A DNA stretch of 64,000 nucleotides from Eledone cirrhosa (Eukaryota), in contig OZ024740.1 of the NCBI GenBank assembly GCA_964016885.1, positions 422,840,001-422,904,000 on the forward strand, written 5' to 3'. A model generated the notes under the pieces. The model ran no database searches, was not told the DNA's origin, and saw nothing but the letters and a program-made list of their open reading frames with translations. Shown here in pieces: positions 59,201 through 64,000 of the stretch; the stretch's first letter is position 1; the number at the start of each line of letters is the position of its first letter. A program made the translations under genes and the position numbers.

Positions 59201-62200
59201 TGGACCTTAGGACAGAGAGGAGGTGTTGTTAGAGAAGGTCAGAAGTGTGGAGAGAGTGGTTAACAGGTCTGGATGTAAGGAGAGCTAGACCTTAGGAAAG
59301 AGAGGAGGTGTTGATAGAGAAGGTCAGAAGTGTGGAGAGAGTGGTTGACAGGTCTGGATGTAAGGAGAGCTAGACCTTAGGACAGAGAGGAGGTGTTGAT
59401 GGAGAATGTAAGAAGTGTGGAGAGAGTGGTTGACAGGTCTGGATGTAAGGAGAGCTAGACCTTAGGACAGAGAGGATATGTTGATGGAGAAGGTAAGAAG
59501 TGTGGAGAGAGCGGTTGACAGGTCTGGATGTAAGGAGAGCTAGACCTTAGGAAAGAGAGGAGGTGTTGATAGAGAAGGTCAGAAGTGTGGAAAGAGTGGT
59601 TGACAGGTCTGGATGTAAGGAGAGCTGGACCTTAGGAAAGAGAGGAGGTGTTGATAGAGAAGGTCAGAAGTGTGGAGAGAGAGGTTGACAGGTCTGGATG
59701 TAAGGAGAGCTAGACCTTAGGACAGAGAGGAGGTGTTACTAGAGAAGGTCAGAAGTGTGGAGAGAGTGGTTGACAGGTATGGATGTAAGGAGAGCTAGAC
59801 CTTAGGACAGAGAGGAGATGTTGATGGAGAAGGTAAGAAGTGTGGAGAGAGTGGTTGACAGGTCTGGATGTAAGGAGAGCTCGACCTTAGGAAAGAGAGG
59901 AGGTGTTGATAGAGAAGGTCAGAAGTGTGGAAAGAGTGGTTAACAGGTCTGGATGTAAGGAGAGCTGGACCTTAGGAAAGAGAGGAGGTGTTGATAGAGA
60001 AGGTCAGAAGTGTGGAGAGAGTGGTTGGCAGGTCTGGATGTAAGGAGAGCTAGACCTTAGGAAAGAGAGGAGGTGTTGATAGAGAAGGTCAGAAGTGTGG
60101 AGAGAGTGGTTGGCAGGTCTGGATGTAAGGAGAGCTGGAACTTAGGACAGAGAGGAGGTGTTGATAGAGAAGGTCAGAAGTGTGGAGAGGGTGGTAGAGA
60201 GGTCTGGATGTAAGGAGAGCTAGACCTTAGGACAGAGAGGAGGTGTTGATAGAGAAGGTCAAAAGTGTGGAGAGAGTGGATAACAGGTCTGGATGTAAGG
60301 AGAGCTGGACCTTAGAACAGAGAGGAGGTGTTGATTGAGTAGGTCAGAGGTGTGGTGAGAGTGATAGAGAGGTCTGGATGTAAGGAGAGCTGGACCTTAG
60401 GACATAGAGGAGGTGTTGATAGAGAAGGTCAGAAGTGTGGAGAGAATGGTTGACAGGTCTGGATGTAAGGAGAGCTGGACCTTAGGACTGAGAGGAGGTG
60501 TTGATAGTGAAGGTCAGAAGTGTGGAGAGAGTGGTTGACAGGTCTGGGTGTAAGGAGAGCTAGACCTTAGGACAGAGAGGAGGTGTTGATGGGGAAGGTC
60601 AGATGTGTGGAGAGAGTGGTAGAGAGGTCTGGATGTAAGAAGAGCTGGACCTTAGGACATAGAGGAGGTGTTGATAGAGAAGGTCAGAAGTGTGGAGAGA
60701 ATGGTTGACAGGTCTGGATGTAAGGAGAGCTGGACCTTAGGACAGGGAGGAGGTGTTGATAGTGAAGGTCAGAAGTGTGGAGAGAGTGGTTGACAGGTCT
60801 GGATGTAAGGAGAGCTGGACCTTAGGATAGAGAGGAGGTGTTGATTGAGAAGGTCTGATTTTTGGAGAGAGTGGTTGACAGGTCTGGATGTAAGGAGAGC
60901 TGGACCTTAGGACAGAGAGGAGATGTTGATAGAGAAGGTCAGAAGTGTGGAGAGAGTGGTTGACAGGTATGGATGTAAGGAGAGCTAGACCTTAGGACAG
61001 AGAAGAGGTGTTGATGGAGAAGGTCAGAAGTGTGGAGAGAGTGGTTGACAGGTCTGGATGTAAGGAGAGCTGGACCTTAGGACAGAGAGGAGGTGTTGAT
61101 AGAGAAGGTCAGAAGTGTGTAGAGAGTGGTTGACAGGTCTGGATGTAAGGAGAGCTGGACCTTAGGATAGAGAGGAGGTGTTGATTGAGAAGATCTGATT
61201 TTTGGAGAGAGTGGTTGACAGGTCTGGATGTAAGTAGAGCTGGACCTTAGGAGAGAGAGGAAGTGTTGATAGAGAGGGTCAGAAGTGTGGAGGGAGTGGA
61301 TGACAGGTCTGGATGTAAGGAGAGCTGGCCCTTAGGACAGAGAGGAGGTGTTGATTGAGTAGGTCAGAAGTGTGGTGAGAGTGGTAGAGAGGTCTGGATG
61401 TAAGGAGAGCTGGACCTTAGGACATAGAGGAGGTGTTGATAGAGAAGGTCAAAAGTGTGGAGAGAGTGGATAACAGGTCTGGATGTAAGGAGAGCTGGAC
61501 CTTAGAACAGAGAGGAGGTGTTGATTGAGTAGGTCAGAGGTGTGGTGAGAGTGATAGAGAGGTCTGGATGTAAGGAGAGCTGGACCTTAGGACATAGAGG
61601 AGGTGTTGATAGAGAAGGTCAGAAGTGTGGAGAGAATGGTTGACAGGTCTGGATGTAAGGAGAGCTGGACCTTAGGACTGAGAGGAGGTGTTGATAGTGA
61701 AGGTCAGAAGTGTGGAGAGAGTGGTTGACAGGTCTGGGTGTAAGGAGAGCTCGACCTTAGGATAGAGAGGAGGTGTTGATGGGGAAGGTCAGATGTGTGG
61801 AGAGAGTGGTAGAGAGGTCTGGATGTAAGAAGAGCTGGACCTTAGGACATAGAGGAGGTGTTGATAGAGAAGGTCAGAAGTGTGGAGAGAATGGTTGACA
61901 GGTCTGGATGTAAGGAGAGCTGGACCTTAGGACAGGGAGGAGGTGTTGATAGTGAAGGTCAGAAGTGTGGAGAGAGTGGTTGACAGGTCTGGGTGTAAGG
62001 AGAGCTAGACCTTAGGACAGAGAGGAGGTGTTGATAGAGAAGATCAGAAGTGTGGAGAGAGTGGTTGACAGGTCTGGATGTAAGGAGACCTAGACCTTAG
62101 GACAGAGAAGAGGTGTTGATAGAGAAGGTCAGAAGTGTGGAGAGAGTGGTACACAGGTCTGGATGTAAGGAGAGCTAGACCTTAAGACAAAGAGGATGTG

Positions 62201-64000
62201 TTGATAGTGAAGGTCAGAAGTGTGGAGAGAGTGGTTGACAGGTCTGGATGTAAGGAGAGCTGGACCTTAGGATAGAGAGGAGGTGTTGATTGAGAAGGTC
62301 TGATTTTTGGAGAGAGTGGTTGACAGGTCTGGATGTAAGGAGAGCTGGACCTTAGGACAGAGAGGAGATGTTGATAGAGAAGGTCAGAAGTGTGGAGAGA
62401 GTGGTTGACAGGTATGGATGTAAGGAGAGCTAGACCTTAGGACAGAGAAGAGGTGTTGATGGAGAAGGTCAGAAGTGTGGAGAGAGTGGTTGACAGGTCT
62501 GGATGTAAGGAGAGCTGGACCTTAGGACAGAGAGGAGGTGTTGATAGAGAAGGTCAGAAGTGTGTAGAGAGTGGTTGACAGGTCTGGATGTAAGGAGAGC
62601 TGGACCTTAGGATAGAGAGGAGGTGTTGATTGAGAAGATCTGATTTTTGGAGAGAGTGGTTGACAGGTCTGGATGTAAGTAGAGCTGGACCTTAGGAGAG
62701 GGAGGAAGTGTTGATAGAGAGGGTCAGAAGTGTGGAGAGAGTGGATGACAGGTCTGGATGTAAGGAGAGCTGGCCCTTAGGACAGAGAGGAGGTGTTGAT
62801 TGAGTAGGTCAGAAGTGTGGTGAGAGTGGTAGAGAGGTCTGGATGTAAGGAGAGCTGGACCTTAGGACATAGAGGAGGTGTTGATAGAGAAGGTCAGAAG
62901 TGTGGAGAGAATGGTTGACAGGTCTGGATGTAAGGAGAGCTTGACCTTAGGACTGAGAGGAGGTGTTGATAGTGAAGGTCAGAAGTGTGGAGAGAGTGGT
63001 TGACAGGTCTGTGTGTAAGGAGAGCTAGACCTTAGGACAGAGAGGAGGTGTTGATGGAGAAGGTCAGATGTGTGGAGAGAGTGGTAGAGAGGTCTGGATG
63101 TAAGAAGAGCTGGACCTTAGGACATAGAGGAGGTGTTGATAGAGAAGGTCAGAAGTGTGGAGAGAATGGTTGACAGGTCTGGATGTAAGGAGAGCTGGAC
63201 CTTAGGACAGGGAGGAGGTGTTGATAGTGAAGGTCAGAAGTGTGGAGAGAGTGGTTGACAGGTCTGGATGTAAGGAGAGCTGGACCTTAGGATAGAGAGG
63301 AGGTGTTGATTGAGAAGGTCTGATTTTTGGAGAGAGTGGTTGACAGGTCTGGATGTAAGGAGAGCTGGACCTTAGGACAGAGAGGAGATGTTGATAGAGA
63401 AGGTCAGAAGTGTGGAGAGAGTGGTTGACAGGTATGGATGTAAGGAGAGCTAGACCTTAGGACAGAGAAGAGGTGTTGATGGAGAAGGTCAGAAGTGTGG
63501 AGAGAGTGGTTGACAGGTCTGGATGTAAGGAGAGCTGGACCTTAGGACAGAGAGGAGGTGTTGATAGAGAAGGTCAGAAGTGTGTAGAGAGTGGTTGACA
63601 GGTCTGGATGTAAGGAGAGCTGGACCTTAGGATAGAGAGGAGGTGTTGATTGAGAAGATCTGATTTTTGGAGAGAGTGGTTGACAGGTCTGGATGTAAGT
63701 AGAGCTGGACCTTAGGAGAGAGAGGAAGTGTTGATAGAGAGGGTCAGAAGTGTGGAGGGAGTGGATGACAGGTCTGGATGTAAGGAGAGCTGGCCCTTAG
63801 GACAGAGAGGAGGTGTTGATTGAGTAGGTCAGAAGTGTGGTGAGAGTGGTAGAGAGGTCTGGATGTAAGGAGAGCTGGACCTTAGGACATAGAGGAGGTG
63901 TTGATAGAGAAGGTCAAAAGTGTGGAGAGAGTGGATAACAGGTCTGGATGTAAGGAGAGCTGGACCTTAGAACAGAGAGGAGGTGTTGATTGAGTAGGTC
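11203..64000 (+). repeat. 85-bp satellite DNA array, ~620 head-to-tail monomers, continues past the window end
   Basis: cttagga recurs at 11203, 11288, 11373 and so on (period 85); monomers usually differ from consensus at a few positions with rare 1-3 bp indels; no inversion or foreign insertion seen. Confidence 0.99.

Noticed and set aside
11203-64000. CRISPR-like array or repeat-encoded protein
   Set aside because: No unique spacers and no cas genes; the 85-bp unit shifts frame every copy and carries frequent stops, so no long ORF exists.

Overview
Eukaryotic, repeat-dominated window with no supportable host gene; the SINE, MITE and RTE types resemble those of octopod cephalopods (recognition only, not searched). 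Bases 1 to ~10.8 kb are AT-rich and packed with decayed mobile elements: two different RTE-clade LINE 3' fragments (one with a PHD-like zinc finger, one Rex3/Expander-like), CR1 and CRE-like 3' fragments, tRNA-derived SINEs, several copies of a TA-flanked Tc1/mariner-type MITE, an apparently complete non-autonomous Helitron and many microsatellites. From 11203 to the window end (>52.7 kb, ~620 copies) is an uninterrupted head-to-tail 85-bp satellite (consensus CTTAGGACAGAGAGGAGGTGTTGATAGAGAAGGTCAGAAGTGTGGAGAGAGTGGTTGACAGGTCTGGATGTAAGGAGAGCTRGAC). The key observation is that the monomer is the direct, in-frame continuation of a degraded LINE ORF2 endonuclease-RT linker at 10811-11202, so the array appears to have been amplified in situ from 85 bp of retrotransposon coding sequence. 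It is organised into irregular higher-order duplications of 12-64 monomers with a positional gradient of variants.
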